In this document: in pieces, positions 7,688-19,958 of the stretch
Position numbering within the stretch: the stretch's first letter is position 1
Layout: each line of letters begins with the position of its first letter
Origin: an uncultured Planctomycetaceae bacterium
GTDB taxonomy: Bacteria > Planctomycetota > Planctomycetia > Planctomycetales > Planctomycetaceae
Assembly (NCBI GenBank): GCA_963976765.1
Contig: CAXBME010000005.1
Location: 368,393-388,392 of the forward strand
Direction: 5' to 3'
DNA length: 20,000 bases
Notes under the pieces: model-generated
Database searches by the model: none
Seen by the model: the letters and a program-made list of their open reading frames with translations, nothing else
What the model was told of the DNA's origin: nothing
Position numbers and translations under genes: made by a program

Positions 7688-8590
7688 TCAGGAGGCCACC
7701 ATTGCGGGTGTCTGCGCTTCAGCAGTGGAACCAGAGTCATCCACACAGTTGAGAAGGAACGAGACTGTTTTGGCCGACTGTGATGCCGCTTGGAAGATCA
7801 CAGAATGGTTCTGACGAATGGCTTCAATCCAGCTTTTCAAATAGGCCGCTGAATTGTCATTCGTCGCCTGTGTGGCCAGTCCGAAATGGGCCATCAATGT
7901 GCAGGCAGAAATCTCAGCGACCAATTCACCAAAGCCGTAACTGTGTCCCGGCACTGTTCGGTCAAATCCTGTTCGTGATTCCGCAAAATGAGAGAGTTCG
8001 TGAAAAGCGGTTTCGTAATAGGCTTCGGGAGATTCGAAACGATGTTTCGCTGGCAGGGTGACTTCATCCGTGGCCGGGCAGTACGACGCTTGCTGACCTG
8101 TCCTGATTGTGCAGCCAACCGAATCAATGAGCCGTTCCGCAGCCTCGTGTCGTTCGAAGACCGTGCTGGACTCGTCAGGATCATCCACATGCAGATGCTT
8201 CAGCGTCGTCTGCTGTCCATTGAAGACAACGAAGCTCTTCATGATCGCAAACGTGCTTTCGGACTCGTCCCCGTTTGCGTCAATCGTTGTCTTCTTCACC
8301 GGCTTGAACAGAACTATTCGTGTCCCACGCTGACCTTTGAGGACGCTTCCCTGCATGGCTTTGATCTGACGGAACGTCCCCCACCATTTGCTCTCGTACC
8401 CGTACTTCCATGCGGAGCACATCAGGAGCAGTTGGTTGATGCCGGTGTAGACGTTGCCAGTCGAAAGAGAAGTGGCGAGACCGCTGTTTCTGCTGATAGT
8501 CCAGCTTCGACGCCAAGGCAACAGGTCGCCTTCCATCGCCTCAAGGATGCGGGCAACAACGTCCGCCTGAATTTCTGATCGAGTCTGCAT
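7688..8590 (-). CDS. ardC: ArdC-family ssDNA-binding antirestriction protein (DUF1738 plus zincin-like domain)
   Basis: LPWRRSW, YTGINQLLL, WGTFRQ, FHELSH (HExxH), ELVAEIS and AYLKSW motifs; GGAGG RBS before ATG 8590. Confidence 0.93.
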   Translation of the reverse strand: MQTRSEIQADVVARILEAMEGDLLPWRRSWTISRNSGLATSLSTGNVYTGINQLLLMCSAWKYGYESKWWGTFRQIKAMQGSVLKGQRGTRIVLFKPVKKTTIDANGDESESTFAIMKSFVVFNGQQTTLKHLHVDDPDESSTVFERHEAAERLIDSVGCTIRTGQQASYCPATDEVTLPAKHRFESPEAYYETAFHELSHFAESRTGFDRTVPGHSYGFGELVAEISACTLMAHFGLATQATNDNSAAYLKSWIEAIRQNHSVIFQAASQSAKTVSFLLNCVDDSGSTAEAQTPAMVAS

Positions 8591-8975
8591 GAATGCCTCC
8601 GTCGTTGGTGTGAGTGACGAAGGCATTGCGGGTGTCAGAGATTGGCCGAGGGGCTTACACGACCGAATCCCTGAGAATTGAGACGGCGGTTTCAGAACTG
8701 GTTTCAATCTCGGTTGTGGCTGGCATTTCTGACACCGACTCCGGGCCAGACAGGCCAGCACAACTCTCATTCCGGCAGCGGGTTACGATGCAACGTTGAT
8801 GGCCAGTCTCAAGTTTCAAAGAGACCAGCGTTTTCGACGCACCGGCAATGACGGGCCTTGGCTCGATGAGATTTATCTCAGTCTTTATCTCGTCGCCACG
8901 ATTCCCGGCGAAGAGCAGCTTTGGTAAGGTTTGACAAGAACAAACGATGTTCCGACAGGTCGATGAGATCGTCAC

Positions 8976-9182
8976 ATGGAAAAGCTCAATGATTATCTCC
9001 GGGTCTCGGAGGCGGCAGCCTATCTGGGGGTCGCCCCGAACACGCTGCGTAACTGGGAGCGGGCTGGAAAGATCGTCTCCCACCGACACCCGGTGAACGA
9101 CTACCGGCTTTTCAAGCAGGAAGACCTCGATGCGCTGTTGCTCAAGGCTGACAAACCTCGAAAGGCCCCGAAGAAGGGCTGA
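8976..9182 (+). CDS. Small MerR/excisionase-like HTH DNA-binding protein
   Basis: LRVSEAAAYLGVAPNTLRNWERAGKI...YRLF winged-HTH pattern. Confidence 0.88.
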   Translation: MEKLNDYLRVSEAAAYLGVAPNTLRNWERAGKIVSHRHPVNDYRLFKQEDLDALLLKADKPRKAPKKG

Positions 9183-9203
9183 GCACCGCTTGAAGGTCAA
9201 ATC

Positions 9204-12074
9204 ATGACGACACCATACCACGCCAAATACTTTGCTCACGAACTGACCCGGCAGGCCGAGCCGGGGGGCGTGGATCGCTTGTCGATGGCCTTGTTTGACG
9301 CCTGTGTCGATCTGAACCCGCACCAGATCGAAGCGGCAATGTTCGCTCTGCGAAGCCCACTCTCGAAGGGCGTCGTGCTGGCCGACGAGGTTGGCCTCGG
9401 CAAGACCATCGAAGCCGGTCTCGTTCTTTGCCAACACTGGGCCGAGCGAAAACGAAAGCTGCTCATCATCTGCCCGGCGAGCCTACGCAAACAGTGGAGT
9501 CTGGAGCTTCAGGAGAAGTTCAATCTCCCGACCGAGATTCTCGATGCCAAGACGTACCGGCAAGCTGTTCGTGAAGGACGTGGAACTCCCTTCGACGGCA
9601 ACAAGGTGGTCATTACATCGTTCCATTTCGCCAGCCGCTATCGGGGCGAAATCCGTGCTGTCCCCTATGACCTCGTGGTCATTGATGAGGCTCACAAACT
9701 TCGTAATGCCTACCGACCCAGCAACAAGATTGGCCAGAACATCAAATGGGCCATCGAAGAGCGAAAGAAGTGCCTGCTGACCGCCACTCCGCTCCAGAAC
9801 TCTCTGCTGGAGCTATATGGTCTGTCGTCAATTCTGGACGATCTGATCTTCGGCGATGTGAATTCCTTCCGAACTCAATACACAAATGCGGGTGCCGATC
9901 TCGGGGCTTTGAGGAATCGCCTTCAGTCGTTCTGTAAACGCACGCTGAGACGACAAGTCACCGAGTACATCCAATATACAAAACGCATCCCGCTGACTGT
10001 CCGGTTCCGGCCAAACGATGATGAGCAGAAACTCTATGAGGCGGTTTCCGACTTCCTGAATCGGGAAGAGACTTACTCGGTCCCGCATCGCCAGCGTCAC
10101 CTCACGGCCCTGATTCTTCGCAAACTTCTTGCCTCTTCGTCTCACGCCATCGCCAACACGCTCGACACAATGAAGTCCCGGCTGGAGGACATGCGTGATG
10201 CGCCGAAGCAGGAAGAGGACGAAGATGAATTCATGGAAGAACTGATCGAGAATGAGGAACTCGAAAACGACTACCTCGATGAAATCCTCGAAGGAACCAC
10301 GGATCAGGAAGAAGAACCAGAACCACAGGTCGATCTCCCGAAGCTGAACGATGAGATCAGAGAGCTTTCGCAGTATGCACAGTGGGCACGCAGCATTGGG
10401 ATCGATACGAAAAGCCGTTCGCTGTTGCAGGCGCTCGACCTTGGCTTTGCCCAGATGGAAAAGATGGGGGCCAACCGCAAGGCCCTGATCTTCACTGAGT
10501 CCCGACGCACGCAGGACTACCTGAAGAACTTTCTGGAATCCAACGGATTCGGAGGACAGGTGGTTCTTTTCAACGGAACCAATTCAGACCCGGACTCACG
10601 CAGCATCATCGACAAGTGGATTGACCAGAACACCTCGACGGGCCGAATTACTGGATCACGGGCTATCGACAGCCGCACGGCTCTCATCGAACACTTCCAG
10701 AATCATGCCACGGTGATGATCGCTACGGAAGCAGCGGCGGAAGGTGTCAACATGCAGTTCTGCTCGCTGGTCATTAACTATGACCTGCCGTGGAATCCGC
10801 AGCGCATCGAACAGCGAATCGGTCGCTGCCATCGTTACGGCCAGAAGCACGATGTTGTGGTTATCAACTTTCTGAACGAGCGGAACGAAGCCGACAGACG
10901 GGTTCACGAACTGCTGTCAGAGAAGTTCAATCTTTTCAGTGGCGTCTTCGGCGCTTCGGATGAGGTTCTCGGCCAGATTGAATCCGGTGTCGATTTTGAG
11001 AAACGCATCCTTGCCATCTACCAGCAGTGCCGCACGGTGGACGAAATCGATGTCGCCTTCAAGCGCCTTCAATCTGAAATGGACGAGGCCATTCAGTCCA
11101 AGATGGACGAGACCCGTCAGATGCTCATGGAGCATTTTGATGAAGATGTTCACTCTCGCCTGAAGATGCGTCTTGATGATGCCAAGGCAAATCTGGACCG
11201 CATTGGCCGTCAGTTCTGGACCCTCACAAAGATTGTTCTCAATGGCCATGCCAACTTCTGTGACGACACGCTGACATTCGTGCTCGACAGATCGCCGGTC
11301 AGCACGTGTCGGCCCGGTGAATATCATTTAATCTCAAAACAGCAAAAGAACGTGACAGGCGATTTTCTTTACCGCCTGTCTCATCCGCTGGGTGAGTGGA
11401 GCATCGAACAGGGAAAGCAGGCCAGCACACCTGTGGCGAAAGTCCGCTTCGACGTGACGAACTACCCGCTGAGAGTGGCGGTGGTCGAAGCCCTGAAAGG
11501 GAAGAGCGGCTGGCTCACGCTTCAGTACCTCACCATCGATTCCTTTGACCGGGAAGAGTACCTGCTCTTTTCGGCGATGGACTCCAGCGGCAGGTCGCTC
11601 GATCAGGAATCCTGTCAGAAGCTCTTCAACTGCTCCGGTCAAATTATGGAGACCACAGAGCCACCCCTTGAGATGACAGAGCGACTGAGGAAAGAAGCCG
11701 GACGCCATGCCGAAGCAACGATCACGCATTCGCTGGAAGGCAACAACGCTCTGTTCAATGAAGAACGGGAGCGACTCGAAAAGTGGGCCGAGGACATGGT
11801 GATTGCCGCCGAGAAAGACTTGGCGGACACTAAGGCTCAAATCAAGACAGTCCGGCGACAGTCACGTCTGGCAACCACATTGGATGAGCAGAACGAACTT
11901 CAGACGAAGTTGCGTGACTTGGAAAAGAAGCAACGCAAACAGCGTCAGCGGATTTTTGGGATCGAAGACGAAATCGCTGAAAAGCGTGATGATCTGATCG
12001 ACGGACTTCAGCGACGGATGACACAGAAAACTCACAGCACCCACCTTTTCACGATCCAGTGGGAAGTGGTTTGA
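9204..12074 (+). CDS. SNF2-family helicase associated with Type III-like RM
   Basis: LNPHQ, LADEVGLGKT, IDEAH, LTATP and YDLPWNPQRIEQRIGRCHRYGQ motifs; coiled-coil C-terminus. Confidence 0.95.
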   Translation: MTTPYHAKYFAHELTRQAEPGGVDRLSMALFDACVDLNPHQIEAAMFALRSPLSKGVVLADEVGLGKTIEAGLVLCQHWAERKRKLLIICPASLRKQWSLELQEKFNLPTEILDAKTYRQAVREGRGTPFDGNKVVITSFHFASRYRGEIRAVPYDLVVIDEAHKLRNAYRPSNKIGQNIKWAIEERKKCLLTATPLQNSLLELYGLSSILDDLIFGDVNSFRTQYTNAGADLGALRNRLQSFCKRTLRRQVTEYIQYTKRIPLTVRFRPNDDEQKLYEAVSDFLNREETYSVPHRQRHLTALILRKLLASSSHAIANTLDTMKSRLEDMRDAPKQEEDEDEFMEELIENEELENDYLDEILEGTTDQEEEPEPQVDLPKLNDEIRELSQYAQWARSIGIDTKSRSLLQALDLGFAQMEKMGANRKALIFTESRRTQDYLKNFLESNGFGGQVVLFNGTNSDPDSRSIIDKWIDQNTSTGRITGSRAIDSRTALIEHFQNHATVMIATEAAAEGVNMQFCSLVINYDLPWNPQRIEQRIGRCHRYGQKHDVVVINFLNERNEADRRVHELLSEKFNLFSGVFGASDEVLGQIESGVDFEKRILAIYQQCRTVDEIDVAFKRLQSEMDEAIQSKMDETRQMLMEHFDEDVHSRLKMRLDDAKANLDRIGRQFWTLTKIVLNGHANFCDDTLTFVLDRSPVSTCRPGEYHLISKQQKNVTGDFLYRLSHPLGEWSIEQGKQASTPVAKVRFDVTNYPLRVAVVEALKGKSGWLTLQYLTIDSFDREEYLLFSAMDSSGRSLDQESCQKLFNCSGQIMETTEPPLEMTERLRKEAGRHAEATITHSLEGNNALFNEERERLEKWAEDMVIAAEKDLADTKAQIKTVRRQSRLATTLDEQNELQTKLRDLEKKQRKQRQRIFGIEDEIAEKRDDLIDGLQRRMTQKTHSTHLFTIQWEVV

Positions 12075-12091
12075 GATAGCGAGGAAAAGAA

Positions 12092-15160
<3,069 letters not shown>

Positions 15161-15174
15161 AGGAATCAACGATT

Positions 15175-15642
15175 ATGAAATCTGAACAGTTCAAGAGCGA
15201 CGGGTCAAGATATTCGTCAATTATTGTCCCCTTTAATCGACGTTGGCGAACCCCGATTGAAAAGCACGAGATAAAGGCCGTCTTTCGTAAGAAGGGGCCA
15301 AGCGATGCCGATGGACTTCGGACGATATACGCATACGTCGGCTCTCCAGTAAGTGCAATCTGCGCAAAAATGGAAGTCGTCAAGACGATGCGTCTGTCGG
15401 TTGAGGATGCTCGCAATCACTGTGAGGCGGCGAAGCTGTCTGTGAGCAAATTAGAGGAGTATGCAGGAGGCCAGCCTTTATTTGTGTTTGAGATTGGAGA
15501 GATCACTCTGCCGAAGACGTGTCTTGATCGCCACGAGTTGCTCACACAGTTCGGGTTTCAACCGACGCCTAGCTTTGTGGCATTGTCGGTCGCAGGAGCA
15601 GACGCTCTCGATGCTGCGCTCGGAATACTGTCACAGGATTAG
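15175..15642 (+). CDS. ASCH/PUA-like domain protein
   Basis: AVFRK..., IYAYVGSPVSAI and C-terminal GFQPTPSFVAL resemble ASCH-family signatures; GAGGA RBS before ATG 15175. Confidence 0.6.
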   Translation: MKSEQFKSDGSRYSSIIVPFNRRWRTPIEKHEIKAVFRKKGPSDADGLRTIYAYVGSPVSAICAKMEVVKTMRLSVEDARNHCEAAKLSVSKLEEYAGGQPLFVFEIGEITLPKTCLDRHELLTQFGFQPTPSFVALSVAGADALDAALGILSQD

Positions 15643-15647
15643 GTTAA

Positions 15648-18600
15648 ATGGCAAAGAAACGAACAAAGAAGAACGAGAAGCCGCCACTGAGATTCGACGA
15701 GAAACTCGTCCTGAACCAGTGGATGCTGTCGCTATTTGAGGTGAGCGGTTTCGACAAGCTGGCCGAACATCTGAAGTCTCTCGAACTCGAAGGACTGGAC
15801 GAAAACAACGTCCACAAGTACCTGCACCAGATGAAACTGCTTTGGGAGTACGAGGAGTTTCCCGGTGACACGTTGCTTGGTTACGACCAGAACATTGTCA
15901 AGCACACGCTGGCCCTCAGCGAGAAACGAGCCGAGCCGCTGCGTTGGAAATACTTCCAGTACCTCTCTCTGCTCTTCACCGAGGTCTACCTCGACCGCTT
16001 CTTCCGTGACCCGGCCAAGTTGTTGGCCAACCTGAACCTGCACGTCGCCAAGTTCAATGAGGGAAAAACCACAAAGGAACAAATCCCCGACTACGAACCT
16101 GACGACCTGCGGAAGCTGGCGTTCTGGAATGCCACGGGCAGCGGCAAGACGTTGCTGATGCACGTCAACATCCTTCAGTACCAGCACTACCTGAAGCTAA
16201 ACGACAAAGATAAGGGCCTGAACCGGATTATCCTGCTCACTCCCAACGAGGGCCTTTCCAAGCAGCACCTCGAAGAGTTCCACGCTGCGGGGATCGACGC
16301 TGATCTGTTCTCAAAGGAATCCCGGTCGCTCTTCTCGGGCCGGTCGGTTGAGATCATCGAAGTCACCAAGCTCAAGGAAGAGATGGGCCAGAAGACCGTC
16401 GCCATTGACGCCTTCGAGGGGAACAACCTTGTACTGGTCGATGAAGGACATCGAGGTGCCAGTGCGAGCGTCGAAGGGGCATGGATGAGTGCCCGGAACC
16501 GACTCTGCGAAAATGGCTTCTCCTTCGAGTATTCCGCCACGTTCGGACAAGCAATGAAGGGGAAGAAGGGCCTCGAACCGATCTACGCCAAGAACATCCT
16601 GTTCGACTACTCGTACAAGTATTTCTACCGGGATGGCTTCGGGAAGGATTACCGCATTCTGAACCTCGCCGACGACTCCGATGAAGAACGCCGTCGCCTA
16701 TACCTGTCTGCGTGCCTCGTCGCCTTCTACCAGCAACAGAAGCTCTACGCTGACAACCCGAACACATTTCGGCCCTTTCTACTAAAGAAGCCCCTGTGGG
16801 TTTTCGTGGGTGGCAGCGTGAATGCCGTTCGGACCCAAAACAAACGCAAGGTGTCTGACGTTGTTGATATTCTGCTGACGCTTTCAGAGTTCGTAAAGAA
16901 CAAACGAGATTCGATCAGCCTGCTGGAACGACTACTGAGCGGCAAGCCGGGTGTGCTGGATCAACGTGGCAACGAAATTTTCGCTACGGCCTTTCCCCAC
17001 TTGGTCTCCACGAAGATGTCAGCCGAGGATGTGTACAACGACATCCTGAACGTGCTGTTCAATTCGACAACACAGGCGGCCCTGCACGTCGAGAACCTGA
17101 AAGGCACGGATGGAGAGATCGCCCTGCGTCTTGGCGAGAATGACTCTTTCGGTCTCATCAACGTCGGCGATGCCTCGAACCTCTGCAAGCTCTGTGAAGA
17201 ACACCCGGAACTGCTGGTTGTTACGGAGAAGGAGTTTGCTGGTTCGCTCTTCCGTGGACTGAATGATGATGACTCGACCGTCAATGTGCTGATCGGATCA
17301 AAGAAATTCACCGAGGGATGGAACAGTTGGCGTGTCAGTACGATGGGCCTCATGAACATCGGGCGCACAGAAGGTTCCGAGATCATCCAGTTGTTCGGTC
17401 GTGGTGTGCGTCTCAAGGGCCACGGCATGACTCTGAAACGTAGCAGTCAGCTTGAAGGCATCGACCGCCCAGACAGAATTCACTTGCTAGAGACGCTGAA
17501 CATCTTCGGCATCCGGGCCGACTACATGAGGCAGTTCAAAGAGTACCTCGAAGAAGAAGGTCTCCCCGGCAACGAGGAGAGGATCGAGTTCATCCTGCCG
17601 GTCGTCAAGAACCTCAATGGGAAGAAGCTCACTAGCGTCCGCATTGAAGAGGGGAAAGACTTCAAGCTACACGGACCCAAACCAAAACTCGAATCGCCAC
17701 CAGACCGACTTCTGCGGCATCCTGTAGCACTCAACTGGTATCCAAAGATTCAGGCCCAGCAGAGCAAAGGCGTGGCCAAGACCGAAGACTCGGCGGTGAA
17801 GCATGAAGGGAAGCTCGAAGAGCGACACCTCGCCTTCATGGACATCGACGCCATCTGGTTTGAACTTCAGCACTTCAAGAACGAACGGTCATGGTACAAC
17901 TTGAACCTCGACCGGGATTGTATCCTGCATTTGCTCTCACCACCCAACAACGAGTGGTACAAGCTCTTCATCCCGCCCGAGGAATTGGAGTTCACACAGT
18001 TCGACCGGGTACGCCGCTGGGAAGAGATCGCCGTCGCCCTGCTCAAGAAGTACGCCGACCGCTACTACAAGCACAAGAAGCAAGAGTGGGAGTCGGACTT
18101 CTACGAGTACCACGATCTTCGGGAAGACGATCCAAACTTTGTATCGGAGTACCGACTGCTAATCGACGAGTCACAGGACACCATTGTCGAGAAGCTTGGC
18201 GAACTGAAGGAGAAGATCGAAGATGGGTCACTGACCAACTGGTCCTTCGGGAACCTGCACGCCATCTCGTTCGGGCAGCATCTCTACCAGCCGCTTCTGC
18301 ACTTCAAGAGTGACTTCGTGGATGTCAGCCCGGTTTCACTCAACGAGGGTGAGAAAGAGTTCGTCACCGATCTGCGCTCGTTCTACGAAGACAACCCGTC
18401 GTTCTTCGAGGATCAAGAACTGTACCTGCTCCGCAACATGAGCCGAGGCCGAGGCATTGGTTTCTTCGAGGCTGGAAACTTCTACCCTGACTTCCTGCTC
18501 TGGCTACTGACAGACGACAAGCAATACGTCACGTTCGTCGATCCAAAGGGAATCCGAAACCTCGAAGGACCAGATGATCCCAAGATTCGGTTCTACCGCA

Positions 18601-18824
18601 CGATCAAGGAACTGGAGGGACGACTCGGCGACCCGAACGTCATCCTGAACTCGTTCATCATCTCGAACACGCCCTTCCAGCAAGTCCGATGGTGGACCGA
18701 GGACTTATCCAAGGATGAGTTCACCAAGGCGCACGTCCTTTTCCAGAAGGAAGACCGAGCTACCTACATCAAACGACTCCTGACAACAGTAGCGAGCGCA
18801 CAGCAAGTGGCCATCGAGGTGTAA
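15648..18824 (+). CDS. res: Type III RM restriction subunit (SF2 helicase plus PD-(D/E)xK nuclease)
   Basis: ATGSGKT, VDEGH, YSAT, QLFGRGVRL helicase motifs; C-terminal FYPDF...FVDPKG nuclease motif. Confidence 0.93.
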   Translation: MAKKRTKKNEKPPLRFDEKLVLNQWMLSLFEVSGFDKLAEHLKSLELEGLDENNVHKYLHQMKLLWEYEEFPGDTLLGYDQNIVKHTLALSEKRAEPLRWKYFQYLSLLFTEVYLDRFFRDPAKLLANLNLHVAKFNEGKTTKEQIPDYEPDDLRKLAFWNATGSGKTLLMHVNILQYQHYLKLNDKDKGLNRIILLTPNEGLSKQHLEEFHAAGIDADLFSKESRSLFSGRSVEIIEVTKLKEEMGQKTVAIDAFEGNNLVLVDEGHRGASASVEGAWMSARNRLCENGFSFEYSATFGQAMKGKKGLEPIYAKNILFDYSYKYFYRDGFGKDYRILNLADDSDEERRRLYLSACLVAFYQQQKLYADNPNTFRPFLLKKPLWVFVGGSVNAVRTQNKRKVSDVVDILLTLSEFVKNKRDSISLLERLLSGKPGVLDQRGNEIFATAFPHLVSTKMSAEDVYNDILNVLFNSTTQAALHVENLKGTDGEIALRLGENDSFGLINVGDASNLCKLCEEHPELLVVTEKEFAGSLFRGLNDDDSTVNVLIGSKKFTEGWNSWRVSTMGLMNIGRTEGSEIIQLFGRGVRLKGHGMTLKRSSQLEGIDRPDRIHLLETLNIFGIRADYMRQFKEYLEEEGLPGNEERIEFILPVVKNLNGKKLTSVRIEEGKDFKLHGPKPKLESPPDRLLRHPVALNWYPKIQAQQSKGVAKTEDSAVKHEGKLEERHLAFMDIDAIWFELQHFKNERSWYNLNLDRDCILHLLSPPNNEWYKLFIPPEELEFTQFDRVRRWEEIAVALLKKYADRYYKHKKQEWESDFYEYHDLREDDPNFVSEYRLLIDESQDTIVEKLGELKEKIEDGSLTNWSFGNLHAISFGQHLYQPLLHFKSDFVDVSPVSLNEGEKEFVTDLRSFYEDNPSFFEDQELYLLRNMSRGRGIGFFEAGNFYPDFLLWLLTDDKQYVTFVDPKGIRNLEGPDDPKIRFYRTIKELEGRLGDPNVILNSFIISNTPFQQVRWWTEDLSKDEFTKAHVLFQKEDRATYIKRLLTTVASAQQVAIEV

Positions 18825-18878
18825 AGAAACGTCCTGAATCGGTGACGGTTACGGTGACAACCATAATTGGATGCGGCC

Positions 18879-19226
18879 TTAATTCGGTAGCCCAGACACG
18901 CCGGAATGGTGGCGTATGCGGGGAACGAGTTCGCCGTCGTGCCACAGCAGTCCCGTCAGGCACCGTTTTATCTCAGCAATCCGTTCGAGCTTTGACTTGA
19001 GCGGATTTGAGTCCGGCAGATGGATTGGTGGTCTCCCTTGCCAGACCTCATGGCATCGGCGGCAAACCAGAATCACCCATTCAGGATTGTAGAACCCGAA
19101 CTTGTATGAAAGATGGTGACAATCGAGGCCGGGGGCTCTGCACAGAAAGCAAAGCCCCTTTTCTCGTCGCCAAACTGTCTCTCGGACGGTTTGCCATTCG
19201 GGGGTCAAGTAGGGATCAGTTTTCAT
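18879..19226 (-). CDS. Small HNH endonuclease-like protein
   Basis: W..VR..V..R...CFLC, HH and CRRCH zinc-binding HNH pattern. Confidence 0.8.
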   Translation of the reverse strand: MKTDPYLTPEWQTVRETVWRREKGLCFLCRAPGLDCHHLSYKFGFYNPEWVILVCRRCHEVWQGRPPIHLPDSNPLKSKLERIAEIKRCLTGLLWHDGELVPRIRHHSGVSGLPN

Positions 19227-19249
19227 GCAGCTATTTATGCCGCAGAAGA

Positions 19250-19546
19250 TCAGAACCCTTCCCTTTGCCAGTCAATATGTTGAGTCGGCTTTGGCTGTCC
19301 TCGAAAGCGCCTCAGCCACCGCATGATGTCATCAATGACTCTCGTGGTTTCTTCGGCACGAATCTCAACGCCACGGTGACAGTATGAGTCCGACTCATGG
19401 CCCTCGATCTCGTCCATCTTCTGGAGAAATTCAAGCTCGACACTGAATTCAAAGGCATCGTCGTAGTTGAGACACAAGCGATTGCCTGCTCTATCTGACA
19501 CCACGATCTCGTCGTCAAAGCCCACGACTCTTGCAAGATTACGCAT
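19250..19546 (-). CDS. Hypothetical protein (98 aa)
   Basis: ATG 19546 with GGAGG RBS, overlapping the upstream stop codon. Confidence 0.6.
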   Translation of the reverse strand: MRNLARVVGFDDEIVVSDRAGNRLCLNYDDAFEFSVELEFLQKMDEIEGHESDSYCHRGVEIRAEETTRVIDDIMRWLRRFRGQPKPTQHIDWQREGF

Positions 19547-19958
19547 GGACAACCTCCATTCCTTCTGACCATTCAAACGGAGGTACGTCGTACTTGCCTT
19601 TGCTGTCATCTTCGGCAAGCTGAGTCATGAACTCCGTAACCGTGGCTTTGATGTCCTGCCCGTAGTGATGGTTGAATTTGGCGAGCGTGTGGGCCAGACG
19701 AATCTTGGCCGCCTTGCAGCTTCTTAGTCTGACGCTTGTTGGATCGCCTAGATGTGCCTTCACCATGAAATCCATCCAGTGGCGGGAATAGTCCTCAATG
19801 AGACTGTCTGCCTTCTGGTGATTTGTGAATGGGTGATCGTCAAATCGAACTCGGTCAGTCAGGCTTTGTGGACAAAGGATGTGGCTCTCATGCAGGGGGT
19901 CGGCTGCTGCCTCATCCAGTTCTCGCTGTTGATCCTTTTTGAATTTGGAGATAGGCGT
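19539..19958 (-). CDS. Hypothetical protein, start uncertain (frame open to 19958; possibly the 3' part of a longer or disrupted gene)
   Basis: The frame of the 78-aa track ORF stays open to 19958, has one TGA at 19959-19961 and is open again to the window edge. Confidence 0.45.
   Translation of the reverse strand, partial: TPISKFKKDQQRELDEAAADPLHESHILCPQSLTDRVRFDDHPFTNHQKADSLIEDYSRHWMDFMVKAHLGDPTSVRLRSCKAAKIRLAHTLAKFNHHYGQDIKATVTEFMTQLAEDDSKGKYDVPPFEWSEGMEVVHA

Larger units (their letters stand above)
2418..8637. repeat. Dispersed 10-nt gene-boundary motif, consensus TGACACCCGC on the coding strand, 12 copies
   Basis: Plus-strand copy 2418-2427; minus-strand copies 3241-3250, 4047-4056, 4420-4429, 4908-4917, 5124-5133, 5790-5799, 6749-6758, 7203-7212, 7319-7328, 7704-7713, 8628-8637. 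CACCC is invariant; ACACCCG occurs in 10 of 12. Confidence 0.9.

Noticed and set aside
2418..8637. Motif as a CRISPR repeat, Chi-like site or T7-type primase site (GTGTC)
   Set aside because: Too short and irregularly spaced for CRISPR, with no cas genes; orientation flips with gene direction, unlike strand-polar signals; no primase gene in the window.
8591..8770. N-terminal extension of ardC in the ORF track
   Set aside because: The family-like sequence starts at M 8590, which has GGAGG; the extension covers the leader motif and hairpin.
8931..8960. TTGACA upstream of the HTH gene as a sigma70 promoter
   Set aside because: No credible -10 box at 16-18 bp spacing.
18841..18858. GGTGAC GGTTAC GGTGAC tandem hexamers after res
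   Set aside because: Only three imperfect copies with no supporting context.
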